64,000 nucleotides of DNA from Pseudomonadota bacterium (GCA_038745625.1 JBCDLG010000002.1:310-64309); one strand, 5' to 3'; shown: positions 51,027 through 59,956, counted from the first letter of the stretch. A program made the numbers and translations. The notes: a model not told the origin generated them from the sequence alone.

Positions 51027-51496
51027 GCTGTTCGCCTTTCTTGGATCGGGGTGTTCGTTTGCTCGCTCACGACGTCGGCTGCGTTCGCGGCAACATGATG
51101 GAGGAATTTTTCAATGACGGCCTGCTCTTCGCTCGAGAATGGCTCGAGCAGCGCCGCGTTGAGGCCCTTGGTGAAGGGTTTGGTCGAGGTGACGATGGCG
51201 CGGCCTTTGTCCTCGATGAAGACATGCACGCTCCGCGCATCGCTTTCGCTTTGCTGGCGCCGCAACAGCCCCTTCGCCTCCATCCGGTCAACGAGGCCGG
51301 TGAGGCTCGAATAGCCCATATGCAGCTTGTCGGCGATCTGGGAAATCGGCGCGCCGTCTTTCTTGGACAGGGAGAAAAGCACCGCCTGCTGCGAGGTTGT
51401 GAGCCCAATATGCGTCTTCAACGCATGGTCGGCAGCACGGAACAGCGCCGTATGGGCCTTTTGCAAGAGATGGAAAACACGGGGCTGGCGCATCAC
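51023..51496 (-). CDS. MarR-family regulator
   Basis: LTTSQQAVL, SSLTGLVDRMEAKGLL, DARSVHV. Confidence 0.9.
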   Translation of the reverse strand: MMRQPRVFHLLQKAHTALFRAADHALKTHIGLTTSQQAVLFSLSKKDGAPISQIADKLHMGYSSLTGLVDRMEAKGLLRRQQSESDARSVHVFIEDKGRAIVTSTKPFTKGLNAALLEPFSSEEQAVIEKFLHHVAANAADVVSEQTNTPIQERRTA

Positions 51497-51500
51497 TTAT

Positions 51501-51532
51501 TTCGCATGTGAACTAGATATTTCATATGCGAA
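51501..51532. promoter_or_regulatory. Palindromic MarR operator
   Basis: TTCGCATGTGAA-N8-TTCATATGCGAA (11/12 arm match) immediately upstream of the marR start. Confidence 0.7.
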
Positions 51533-51682
51533 GGAAACGGGCCGGTCAACGATCTGATTGTCGCGGGATCACGTCCTGCGGAAATCATGGAGTTATGGCT
51601 TGATGCGGGGGGTGGCTGCTCCCACCTTGCTCGAATTGGGCTTGGGGGCGCCCGACGTGGTGCCGGTTGAAGGAGCGCGTGC

Positions 51683-52645
51683 ATGCTGATCACCCTTATC
51701 CGAGGCATCGGCTTTGTTGTTTTGGCGCTCGTGCTCGGCACCATGGTGATCGGATGGATCTCTGCTCTGATGCGTATCGGATCAAAGCCGCCTTATGAGA
51801 TGGTGGATATCGGCGATGGTCGCCGCCTGCATGTGGTGTGTGAGGGGCCGGTTGGCGCGCCCTTTGTGCTCTACGATGCTGGTGCTTTTGGGATCTATAC
51901 GGACGGCTGGTGGGTCAAAGAGGAGCTGAAATCCGACTACCGCGTCTGCCTTTATGACCGGGCGGGCATGGGGTGGAGCGACCCGGTACCGGGGGGCGCG
52001 TCGCCAACGCCGGATTGGCATATCGAGGATATGCGCCGCTTGCGCGCGGCGCTCGCTGAGAACCAACCGTTTGTGCTCGTCGGCCATTCAATGGCGGGCT
52101 TGCGGCTTCATGGCTATGCCAATCTTTACAAAGAGGAGTTGCAAGGGCTCGTCTTTGTCGACGCGGCCCGGCCGGGGAGCCTGAGGGCGGAACGCATCAG
52201 GCAGATCGCGCCCTGGGCCAAACGGATCATGAACCTGTCGATTGGTATGGCGCGGGCGGGGCTGATGGGCGGGCTCTCTTATCTCTTGCCCGACGAGCTC
52301 GACCTGCCGAAGCAGCAAGGCCGCGATAAGCGCCGGTCGCTGTCGATCGCTCGCCATCACAAAAGCACCAAGGCGGAGCTGGTCGCGGCGTTCACATCAA
52401 GCGACGACGTGCGTTGGGCGCAGGGACAAGAGGCAGAGACCCTGCCCGTGGCGGTCTTCACCAACAGTGAGGGCGGCGGCTCGAATGGATCAGTGGCTGA
52501 GGCGGCCGAGGCCAACACAGGCTTTGGCCGGATCACGGTGCTGCCCGAGGAGACCCATGTGTCACTTCTTAACCGCGCCAATGCTAAACTGATTGCCAGC
52601 GATGTGCGCGCGATGATGCCGGTTGGAGAACCAAGCGATGGCTGA
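51683..52645 (+). CDS. Membrane-anchored alpha/beta hydrolase
   Basis: N-terminal TM, CLYDRAGMGWSDP, VGHSMAG nucleophile, ETHVSL His. Confidence 0.88.
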   Translation: MLITLIRGIGFVVLALVLGTMVIGWISALMRIGSKPPYEMVDIGDGRRLHVVCEGPVGAPFVLYDAGAFGIYTDGWWVKEELKSDYRVCLYDRAGMGWSDPVPGGASPTPDWHIEDMRRLRAALAENQPFVLVGHSMAGLRLHGYANLYKEELQGLVFVDAARPGSLRAERIRQIAPWAKRIMNLSIGMARAGLMGGLSYLLPDELDLPKQQGRDKRRSLSIARHHKSTKAELVAAFTSSDDVRWAQGQEAETLPVAVFTNSEGGGSNGSVAEAAEANTGFGRITVLPEETHVSLLNRANAKLIASDVRAMMPVGEPSDG

Positions 52646-54332
52646 GACCTCTGATGAGCCGCGGAGCCGGATCAGCACGCTGATCTTTGATCACGCACCG
52701 CGTCTTTTGGGGCTTCTCACCTTTTTGATCGGCGCGGCCGCGCTGATCTCCGCTGCGTTCCCGGGCGCCCCCGCCATCGAGCGGCCCTTCGTCAAGGCGC
52801 TGATGACCGAAGTGCCGGAGATCACCCTGACCTTTGGCGGGCTCGCTTTGATGGTTCTGTCGCTGGGGCTGTCGCGGCGTCTCCGCACGGCGTGGATCTT
52901 AGCCTTTGTAGCCGCGGCGCACGGGCTGGTGGCGACGCTGGTCTTTCATCCAAGGCATTTTGAGGCGCTGATGTATCTGGGCCTCGTGGTTTTGTTGATC
53001 CGGGCCAAGAAGGCCTTTTACCGGCGATCGGCGCTGTTGAGCATCAAGATCCCCCGCGCCTGGTTCCTAGCGTCGTTTTTGTCGGTCGCTGTGGCCGGTT
53101 TCGTCTCGCTTCTGTGGATGAGCCACCAAAAGGGCTTCGTTGAAGCGAGCTTTATCGATCTCGTTTTCGATCCAATCCTTGGGGTCGCGGGCCGGCCGGT
53201 CGCGTTCGCGCTCTTCGTTCTGGCCTTTTTTGGCTTCTTTTTGCTCGTCGCGAGCCCGGCACGGACGCAGCGTGCGCTCCCGCGAACGGAGGATTTCGCG
53301 CGGGTGCGGGGCCTTCTCGAAAAGGCTGACGCGCCGCGACCGGACAATGTCCTCGCCTTTTCGGGCGACAAAAGTTTTTGTTTTGACAAGGAGCAGTCGG
53401 CGGCGATCGCATTTTCTGAGATTGGCGGTGCACGGATAGCGATGGGTACGCCGATCGGGCCCAAGGCGCATTGGAAACAGGCCCTTGAAGCATTTCGCAA
53501 GGATGCCGAAGCGCATGCTGCCCGCCCGGCGATCTATGCGGCGCCGCCCGACCTCTTGCCGGACCTCTTGGACCTCGGTTTCAAGGTCGAGAAGATCGGT
53601 GAAAACGCCATCCTTGATTTGCCGAGCTTTACGCTTTCGGGCCGCAAGCGCGAGGTGATCCGACGGGGGCGGAGGAAGCTGGCGGAACGTGCGGGCGCGA
53701 CTTTCCGTATGTCGCTGCCGCCCCACGACAATGCGCTGCTGACAAGCCTAGAGCCGACGTCGAAAGCCTGGCTGGCCGCTAATGGTGGGCGGGAGAAGGC
53801 CTTCTCCCTTGGCCGGTTTGATCCTGCCTTCCTTGCCCATTGCCCGATCGGCATCGTTGAAATCGAGGACCAGGTTGTCGCTTTTGGCACGCTGTTTGTG
53901 ACGCCGGACAAGTCCTGGGCCGGGATCGACCTGATGCGGTATGACCCCGAGAAGCAGGTCACCAATACGATGGACTTCCTCTTTGTTGAGTTGATCCTCT
54001 GGGCACAGAATGAAGGATACAAAGGTTTCGATCTGGCGATGGCGCCGCTTTCGGGGCTCGTGGAGGCCGAGTACGCGCCGCTTTTCGCGCGCATCGGCCG
54101 GTTGATCTTTGAGCGCGGTGAGCGGATCTACAACTTCCAGGGCCTCCGCCGCTTCAAGCAAAAGTTCGATCCGATTTGGGAGCCGCGCTACATCGCTGTC
54201 CCCAGTTATTGGTCCGTACCCGTGGTATTGGCCAAAGCAGCGCTTCTCACCAATGGCAAGAAGGAAGAGCCCGCACCCGCTGTTGAGGACGAGATTGCCG
54301 CGCCTGCCGGTGCAGAAACGCAAGCAGGCTAG
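52638..54332 (+). CDS. MprF-like aminoacyl-lipid synthase (DUF2156 domain, ~6 TM, no full flippase domain)
   Basis: LSLGLSRRLR.AW, GENAILDL..FTLSG, EKAFSLGRF, IDLMRY, FDLAMAPLSGL, YNFQGLRRFKQKF.P.WEPRY. Confidence 0.9.
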   Translation: MAETSDEPRSRISTLIFDHAPRLLGLLTFLIGAAALISAAFPGAPAIERPFVKALMTEVPEITLTFGGLALMVLSLGLSRRLRTAWILAFVAAAHGLVATLVFHPRHFEALMYLGLVVLLIRAKKAFYRRSALLSIKIPRAWFLASFLSVAVAGFVSLLWMSHQKGFVEASFIDLVFDPILGVAGRPVAFALFVLAFFGFFLLVASPARTQRALPRTEDFARVRGLLEKADAPRPDNVLAFSGDKSFCFDKEQSAAIAFSEIGGARIAMGTPIGPKAHWKQALEAFRKDAEAHAARPAIYAAPPDLLPDLLDLGFKVEKIGENAILDLPSFTLSGRKREVIRRGRRKLAERAGATFRMSLPPHDNALLTSLEPTSKAWLAANGGREKAFSLGRFDPAFLAHCPIGIVEIEDQVVAFGTLFVTPDKSWAGIDLMRYDPEKQVTNTMDFLFVELILWAQNEGYKGFDLAMAPLSGLVEAEYAPLFARIGRLIFERGERIYNFQGLRRFKQKFDPIWEPRYIAVPSYWSVPVVLAKAALLTNGKKEEPAPAVEDEIAAPAGAETQAG

Positions 54333-54336
54333 CGCT

Positions 54337-55242
54337 TCACCGCTCAAGCCAATGCTTGATCAAGTGATGCGCGATCGCAAACTCGGGCGGCACGGCAAAG
54401 CGCCCCTCGCCGCGCAGCATGCCCGCAAGCTCGTCCCGCGTGAACCAATGGGCCTCTTCAATTTCATCCAGATCCAGATGAAGAAAATCGCTCTCAACCT
54501 CTGCCAGGAAACCCATCATCAAGGATGAGGGGAAGGGCCAAGGCTGGCTGAAGATATACTCCATACTGAGCGCTTTGAGCCCGGTTTCTTCTTGAAGCTC
54601 CCGGGCGCCGCACATCTCAACGGTTTCGCCTGCTTCCAAGTAGCCAGCAAAAGCCGAGACGAAACCGCGCGGAAATTGCGGACCGCGGCCAAGGCATGCA
54701 GAATCACCTTTATACGGAAGAACGATCGCGACGGGATCGGTCCGCGGGAAATGCTCCGACCCCGTCTTGGGATTGATGCGTTTGAAACCGCCCTCGGCCG
54801 AGACCGTGTCGCCGCCATGCTCGGCACAGAATTGGTGGCGCCGATGCCAATCAAGAAGCCAGATCGCCTGGCCAGCGATCCCGAGTTCTTCCGGGGTCAA
54901 AAAGGGCGCAAGGTTACGCAAAGGCGCGTAGCCGCCAAGATCGGCGAGAGGCGGCTCCTCCGACGCCGAGGCATCGCAGGCATAGACCGGACGGCCGTTC
55001 CAAAGCCCGAGCAGCACAGTCTCCCGGCCCGTGCTCGGCAAGGCCTCTTGCGCCGCAATGGTCAGCCAAAGGATCTTCGAGCTCTCCTGACCCCGCTCAA
55101 TCAGAATCTTCCCGCGGTGAACGACCAGAAGCTGGGCATCAGGATGGGCTTCCTGATCGCGTAGCCAATCCTCATCTTTGCGCTGATTGTTCGCCCGATC
55201 AATCGGATTGGCGGCGAAGGCGTTGGGGTTCCCGTGCAGCAT
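54337..55242 (-). CDS. nudC: NAD(H) pyrophosphatase / NAD-cap decapping enzyme
   Basis: HFPRTDP, Nudix box AGYLEAGETVEMCGARELQEETG, SQPWPFPSSLM. Confidence 0.94.
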   Translation of the reverse strand: MLHGNPNAFAANPIDRANNQRKDEDWLRDQEAHPDAQLLVVHRGKILIERGQESSKILWLTIAAQEALPSTGRETVLLGLWNGRPVYACDASASEEPPLADLGGYAPLRNLAPFLTPEELGIAGQAIWLLDWHRRHQFCAEHGGDTVSAEGGFKRINPKTGSEHFPRTDPVAIVLPYKGDSACLGRGPQFPRGFVSAFAGYLEAGETVEMCGARELQEETGLKALSMEYIFSQPWPFPSSLMMGFLAEVESDFLHLDLDEIEEAHWFTRDELAGMLRGEGRFAVPPEFAIAHHLIKHWLER

Positions 55243-55331
55243 CTGCCTCCCTCCTAAAAAACGACAGGGCAGAACCCCTGGACCCTACGACAATGCCTGG
55301 CCGCGGCAGAATCACAAGGCGGCGATCACTC

Positions 55332-55652
55332 TCAGCTCATCGATGACAGGCGGAGGCCAACGATTCCCGCGATGATGGCGGCGATCGACACCAGACGAAT
55401 GGCGGTGGTCGGCGCGCCGCCCATGATGATCTCAATTGTCGCCACACCGACGGCGCCGATGCCTGTCCACACCGCATAGGCGGTGCCCGCAGGCAAGCTC
55501 CGCATCGCCAGCGCCAGGAGCCAAAAACTGGCGCCCGCGGTCGGCCAGACAATCAGCATGGGCACCAGTTTGGTAAAACCGTCGGACTGCTTCAGCGCCA
55601 CGGCCCAGATGATTTCCAAAACCCCGGCGGTGAAAAGGATGAGCCACGCCAT
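55332..55652 (-). CDS. gdx: SMR transporter, Gdx/SugE subtype
   Basis: GVLEIIWAVALK.S.GF, GTAYAVWTGIG, GIVGL; 4 TM. Confidence 0.88.
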   Translation of the reverse strand: MAWLILFTAGVLEIIWAVALKQSDGFTKLVPMLIVWPTAGASFWLLALAMRSLPAGTAYAVWTGIGAVGVATIEIIMGGAPTTAIRLVSIAAIIAGIVGLRLSSMS

Positions 55653-55788
55653 ACGCTGTTGTCTCCATTCGCCGCCGTCGAAGCACAGGGCGGCCGCAAA
55701 ACCCACCACCTTCAATTGGCGCGGGCGGTGGGGATGGCGTAAAGCCATTTTTCAGAGAAGGGTCCCGAGAGGCCCAAGGGGAGAAAAC

Positions 55789-56838
55789 ATGCGCCGAATT
55801 CTGACAGGGTTTTTGTTGCTGGTGGTCGTCGTCTTGGGCGGCGGCATCGCGCTTCTTTGGACGCCGGATACCGATCCTCAAGCGATGAAAGCCAAATATG
55901 GCGGGGCTGAGGCCCAGTACGCGCCCGCCGCTGGCGGGATGCAGGTCCATTATCGCGTCTCCGGCCCCGAGGATGCGCCAGCGGTGATCTTGATCCACGG
56001 CACCTCAGCGAGCCTTCACACCTGGGAGCCGCTGCGGGCGGAGCTGGAGACCGATTACCGGGTCATTGCCTATGACCAGCCAGGCCACGGCCTGACCGGG
56101 CCCCACCCAGAGCGGGACTACTCTTATGAGGGCATGGCGGATGGCCTCGACGCGATCTTCGCAGCGGAGGGCGTCGAGGAGGCGGTGCTGATCGGCAATT
56201 CGATGGGTGGTTGGGTCTCTTGGCGCGACGCGATCGCCAATCCTGACCGGGTGAAGGCCCTCGTGCTGGTCGACGCGGCGGGCATCCCCAGCAGCTTTGT
56301 CGAGCGCTCAAACCTGGGCTTCCGGCTGATGCGGCATCCAATCGGGCGTGCCGCCAGCACGAGGCTGACCCCGCGCGCGGCGATTGAGAACTCGCTCCAC
56401 GGCTCGGTGAGCAAGCATGAGGTTGTCGATGACGCGATGGTCGACCGCTATTGGGAACTCCTGCGCTATCCAGGCAACCGCCAAGCGATGGCTGATCAAT
56501 TCGCCAATGAGCGCGCAGATCTTTCCGATCGTCTGAGCGAGGTGACCGTCCCCACGCTGGTGATCTTTGGCGACGAGGACGCGATCATCCATCCAAGTGC
56601 GGCGGACGGCTTTGTCGAGCGCATGCCGAACGCGCGCGCGATCCTCTATGAAGGCGTCGGGCACATCCCGATGGAAGAGATTCCCACTGACTTCAGTGCG
56701 GATGTGAGGGTGTTCTTGGATGAGGAAATTTTCCCGCCAGCGCCTGAACCGCTTCTTGAGCCGTTGGAACTGGAGCAACCGGCAGATGGGGACGATGCGC
56801 CCCTTGCGCCGGAGCCCTCGCCAAGCGATATACTGTAA
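55789..56838 (+). CDS. Membrane-anchored alpha/beta hydrolase
   Basis: N-terminal TM, LIHGTSAS, YDQPGHG, GNSMGG, GVGHIP; Pro/Glu-rich tail. Confidence 0.92.
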   Translation: MRRILTGFLLLVVVVLGGGIALLWTPDTDPQAMKAKYGGAEAQYAPAAGGMQVHYRVSGPEDAPAVILIHGTSASLHTWEPLRAELETDYRVIAYDQPGHGLTGPHPERDYSYEGMADGLDAIFAAEGVEEAVLIGNSMGGWVSWRDAIANPDRVKALVLVDAAGIPSSFVERSNLGFRLMRHPIGRAASTRLTPRAAIENSLHGSVSKHEVVDDAMVDRYWELLRYPGNRQAMADQFANERADLSDRLSEVTVPTLVIFGDEDAIIHPSAADGFVERMPNARAILYEGVGHIPMEEIPTDFSADVRVFLDEEIFPPAPEPLLEPLELEQPADGDDAPLAPEPSPSDIL

Positions 56839-56839
56839 A

Positions 56840-56935
56840 GGAAAGTCGCGCGGACGCAGTCCTCGCCAACCCGGTCAGGTCCGGAAGGAAGCAGCCGTAA
56901 CGAGTTTCGCTGCGGGTCGCGTCGGCTTTCCACCT
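56840..56935 (+). ncRNA. ffs: Signal recognition particle 4.5S RNA
   Basis: Domain IV hallmark CCGGTCAGGTCCGGAAGGAAGCAGCCG; closing stem GGAAAGTCG/CGGCTTTCC; T-run downstream. Confidence 0.95.
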
Positions 56936-56963
56936 CCTTTTTGAGAGCGGCTTGAGGCTGGGG

Positions 56964-57554
56964 TTAGCCCCTTGCCTCGCGGAGCATGGTCCAGACGTTG
57001 GGTGAGCCCGCCGCGAGCTGGATTTCCTTGACAACCTCAAAGCCGTGCCGCCGGTAGAGGGGGATGTTCTCTTCTTTGCTGGATTCAAGATAGGCTGGCA
57101 CGCCTTGGCTGTCCGCCTCACGCAAACCGTCCTTGATCAGAAGACTTCCAAGGCCCTGGCCTTGTGCGCTTGGGTCCACGCCAATCGCGAAGAGGTAGAG
57201 AAAGGGATCTTTCGGTTTGAGAGCGTCCATCCGAGAGGCCGCTTTGAGCGCGCGAAGGGTGGGGCGAAAACCGGCGCGCGGCACGCTTGAGGCGATCAAT
57301 CTCAAGAGCGCGAGCAGGGACAGCTCATTGCTCGCGCCGGGGCGGAGCCACATCGATGCGGCTTTGCCCTCCACCATCGTGACGAAGCCGCGCGGCAGAT
57401 AGATATCTTTCATCAGCACCGTGAGGGCTTTTTGAAAGGTCTCCGGGCCGCCGAATACCCACAAAGTCACTGGGTCATCGGCAAAGGCGCGGGCGACAAC
57501 CCTTGTGACCTGATCGGTGTCCGCAAGGCTGGCCGTCTCGATCGTTGGAACCAT
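56964..57554 (-). CDS. GNAT acetyltransferase (puromycin N-acetyltransferase-like fold)
   Basis: AFADDP, YLFAIGVDPSAQGQGLG, PAYLESS..NIPLYRRHGF. Confidence 0.9.
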   Translation of the reverse strand: MVPTIETASLADTDQVTRVVARAFADDPVTLWVFGGPETFQKALTVLMKDIYLPRGFVTMVEGKAASMWLRPGASNELSLLALLRLIASSVPRAGFRPTLRALKAASRMDALKPKDPFLYLFAIGVDPSAQGQGLGSLLIKDGLREADSQGVPAYLESSKEENIPLYRRHGFEVVKEIQLAAGSPNVWTMLREARG

Positions 57555-57937
57555 CAGAGGGGTCTCACCGCGGCTTCAGGCATGGCGGCTGCATAGACCA
57601 AACCAGCCGTGATAGCGACGAAGAAGGCTGTCAGCATGCGCCGCGTTCTGGCTTGTCCCGTGAGGACCAGGACAATGGCCGCACCACCATTAGAGACGAT
57701 GCCCATCGCCGCGACGCCCCAGGGGAAGGAGCCGTCCAAGACCTCCACTAGGCCACCGCCATAGCCCACCAGCAGGGCGATGATTGCCATGCCGTAAAGC
57801 CGGTAAAGCGCCCGTGGGCGCGCCTCAAATCCCGACAGGCGCTCAACCACGGCAGCGGGCAGCAGCAAGAACGGGATCCCGACCAAAAGGCCGGTGACGA
57901 CGATTTTGGTGATCAGCAACAGGGCGAGCGGTGCCAT
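57554..57937 (-). CDS. Hypothetical 4-TM membrane protein
   Basis: Four hydrophobic helices; stop overlaps the GNAT start; start placed at MAPLAL (RBS GGAG). Confidence 0.75.
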   Translation of the reverse strand: MAPLALLLITKIVVTGLLVGIPFLLLPAAVVERLSGFEARPRALYRLYGMAIIALLVGYGGGLVEVLDGSFPWGVAAMGIVSNGGAAIVLVLTGQARTRRMLTAFFVAITAGLVYAAAMPEAAVRPL

Positions 57938-57951
57938 CGGCATCTCCAAAT

Positions 57952-57990
57952 ATGAGGGTTATTCGTATTTGAAATACGAGATATCCTCAT
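57952..57990. promoter_or_regulatory. 39-bp palindromic TetR operator
   Basis: Core TCGTATTT-G-AAATACGA is perfect; outer arms ATGAGG/CCTCAT; lies between divergent genes. Confidence 0.75.
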
Positions 57991-58003
57991 GTTATGTCAA
58001 GCT

Positions 58004-58624
58004 ATGCCCGCCGCCGCCCCTCAACCATGGAAAGAACCGACCCAGGCGAGAGGCCGCGCGCGGGTCGATGCCATTCTTAAGGCCGCGAGCGCTCTGGCTG
58101 CGGAGCAGGGGCATCTCGATTTCAAAATGACGGCGGTGGCGGAGAGGGCAGAGGTGCCGATTGGTTCGCTCTATCAGTTCTTCCCAAGCCGCACGGCGCT
58201 CCTGGCCCGGCTTTTCGCCAGAGAGATGGAGCCGATTGATGCGTCCTTGCGCGAGGGGTTGGCGGCTGCGCCGTCGATCGAGGCGGTGCTCGATGGCATT
58301 GGCGGCTTGATCAAGGCCCATGTCGAGCTGGTGCGGTCGCGGCCAGCGCTTTTTGTGATCTGGTCATCCCCGACGATGGAGCCAGCCCTTCAGGAGGCGG
58401 ACTTTCAAAACTCGCTGTCCAGCGCAGGAGCCCTGGCCGAACGCTTGACCGCGCTGGCCGGGCATTCCGTAGACAGAGATGCCGTACAAGACACGGCGCT
58501 CTTGGTCTGTCACCTTTGGGGGCACGTGGTGCGGCTCAGCGCCTTGGTCGATCAGCCGAGCGGTGTGATCGACCAATACATCGCCATGATTGAGGCGCAT
58601 TTTGAGCGATTGCTCGTTAGCTGA
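58004..58624 (+). CDS. TetR/AcrR-family regulator
   Basis: PTQARGRARVDAILKAA, AVAERAEVPIGSLYQFFP; start at 58004 or 57989. Confidence 0.92.
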   Translation: MPAAAPQPWKEPTQARGRARVDAILKAASALAAEQGHLDFKMTAVAERAEVPIGSLYQFFPSRTALLARLFAREMEPIDASLREGLAAAPSIEAVLDGIGGLIKAHVELVRSRPALFVIWSSPTMEPALQEADFQNSLSSAGALAERLTALAGHSVDRDAVQDTALLVCHLWGHVVRLSALVDQPSGVIDQYIAMIEAHFERLLVS

Positions 58625-59237
58625 TCTTTTTCGCCAACCGCCGCATGGCACCGAAGATCCCGGCGCCGAACAGAAACGGTATGGCGGCACCCGGGAGCGG
58701 CACGGGATCAGCAGGCGGATCAACGATCGTCGACGAGACAAGATTGTAGTCCCACCGCCCACTGACCGGTAGCGCATAGAGAAGCTGATAGAAGCCCGCC
58801 TTTTGCCGGAAGGCGACCCCAAGACCGTTGGGATCGACGCCGTTTGAGCTCAATGAAATGAAGCCATTGCCTGACCCTGTGACGTTACCCACCACCTGGA
58901 GGACGCCGTTTTGATAAATAGCTGCCATATTGTTGGGCCCGCCTGCGGAGGGTGGCGGAGCGGTTGGGCCGGGCAGCAGGGCGATGGAGGAGTTCTGCCC
59001 GATCCCGTTGAGCTCCCGCGCCACGTTGAAAGAGTCGAGAAATGCGAACTCTTGCCCCACACCTGTGATGGACGAGTCGTCCCAGATCGCTACGGTTTTA
59101 AGGATGCCCTGGACTTCAGGCTGTGCCGCTGCATCCCAAACTTGGTCGTAGCGGATGGTGGCCGCGGTTGCAGACTGTATACTGAGCAAAGCCAATACAG
59201 TGGCGGCGGCGAACACGCTCCGCAGAATACTGGACAT
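58617..59237 (-). CDS. Secreted protein with VPLPG-CTERM sorting signal
   Basis: Signal peptide ..SATA/ATI; C-terminus DPVPLPGAAIPFLFGAGIFGAM-RRLAKK. Confidence 0.85.
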   Translation of the reverse strand: MSSILRSVFAAATVLALLSIQSATAATIRYDQVWDAAAQPEVQGILKTVAIWDDSSITGVGQEFAFLDSFNVARELNGIGQNSSIALLPGPTAPPPSAGGPNNMAAIYQNGVLQVVGNVTGSGNGFISLSSNGVDPNGLGVAFRQKAGFYQLLYALPVSGRWDYNLVSSTIVDPPADPVPLPGAAIPFLFGAGIFGAMRRLAKKIS

Positions 59238-59242
59238 TGTTG

Positions 59243-59851
59243 TTACTCCCCTCGCTTCTTTTTCCTCTGCATACCTTGTAATGCACCCAAACCGATCACG
59301 AACAGACCAAGAGCGCCAGGAACCGGGATCGGGTCCGCGCCCGTCAGCACCGTCAATGAGTCATCAAGCAGATAGGTGTTGGTGCTGCTCAACGTGTTGA
59401 GGTTGAACGCGGGAGCGCCGCCGAAGGTGGTGAAGGCGAGCGAAAAGATCGAACCGCCTCCGATCACGGCGTTGTTAAGGGCGAGGACCGTACCCGCACC
59501 AATGTTCTGGAACACGCCATCCTCATAGATCGCGACCGCTTGAGAAGGGTCGGCTGCTAGAAAAGAAAACTCACCAGGCAGAATGTTGCCGTTATCCAAG
59601 ACGCGCTCGCTGTTGATGAACAGAAAGTCGAGCGGGGCAAAAAATTGGCCCGTATCCGGAACAGCTGCATCGTCCCATGTCGCCGTTGTGACAAAGGTCT
59701 GATCAGGATCGAGTGTCGTGCTGAAGGGTAGGAGGAACACCCATGTCTGTTCTGCGGTGACAACGGCGGCCGAAGCTTGCGGCGCTGCCCAGGCCATGAA
59801 GGCCATGATGACCGTTAGGAGCGGCCTCGCTGCTTTTCGCATGATCTGCAT
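59243..59851 (-). CDS. Secreted protein with IPVPG-CTERM sorting signal
   Basis: Signal peptide ..QASA/AVV; C-terminus DPIPVPGALGLFVIGLGALQGMQ-RKKKR. Confidence 0.85.
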   Translation of the reverse strand: MQIMRKAARPLLTVIMAFMAWAAPQASAAVVTAEQTWVFLLPFSTTLDPDQTFVTTATWDDAAVPDTGQFFAPLDFLFINSERVLDNGNILPGEFSFLAADPSQAVAIYEDGVFQNIGAGTVLALNNAVIGGGSIFSLAFTTFGGAPAFNLNTLSSTNTYLLDDSLTVLTGADPIPVPGALGLFVIGLGALQGMQRKKKRGE

Positions 59852-59904
59852 CCCCCTCGCATTGGCAAGTGATCGAGAGCGTTGAGGAAAATGGGGCCGA
59901 TTGC

Positions 59905-59922
59905 TTCCTACATTTGTAGGAA
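59905..59922. promoter_or_regulatory. 18-bp palindrome, candidate LuxR-type activator site
   Basis: TTCCTACA-TT-TGTAGGAA (perfect 8-bp arms), 54-71 bp upstream of the CTERM gene pair. Confidence 0.65.
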
Positions 59923-59956
59923 AACGGTGCGCCCAAGGCCTGAAAAAGCCTGGTTA

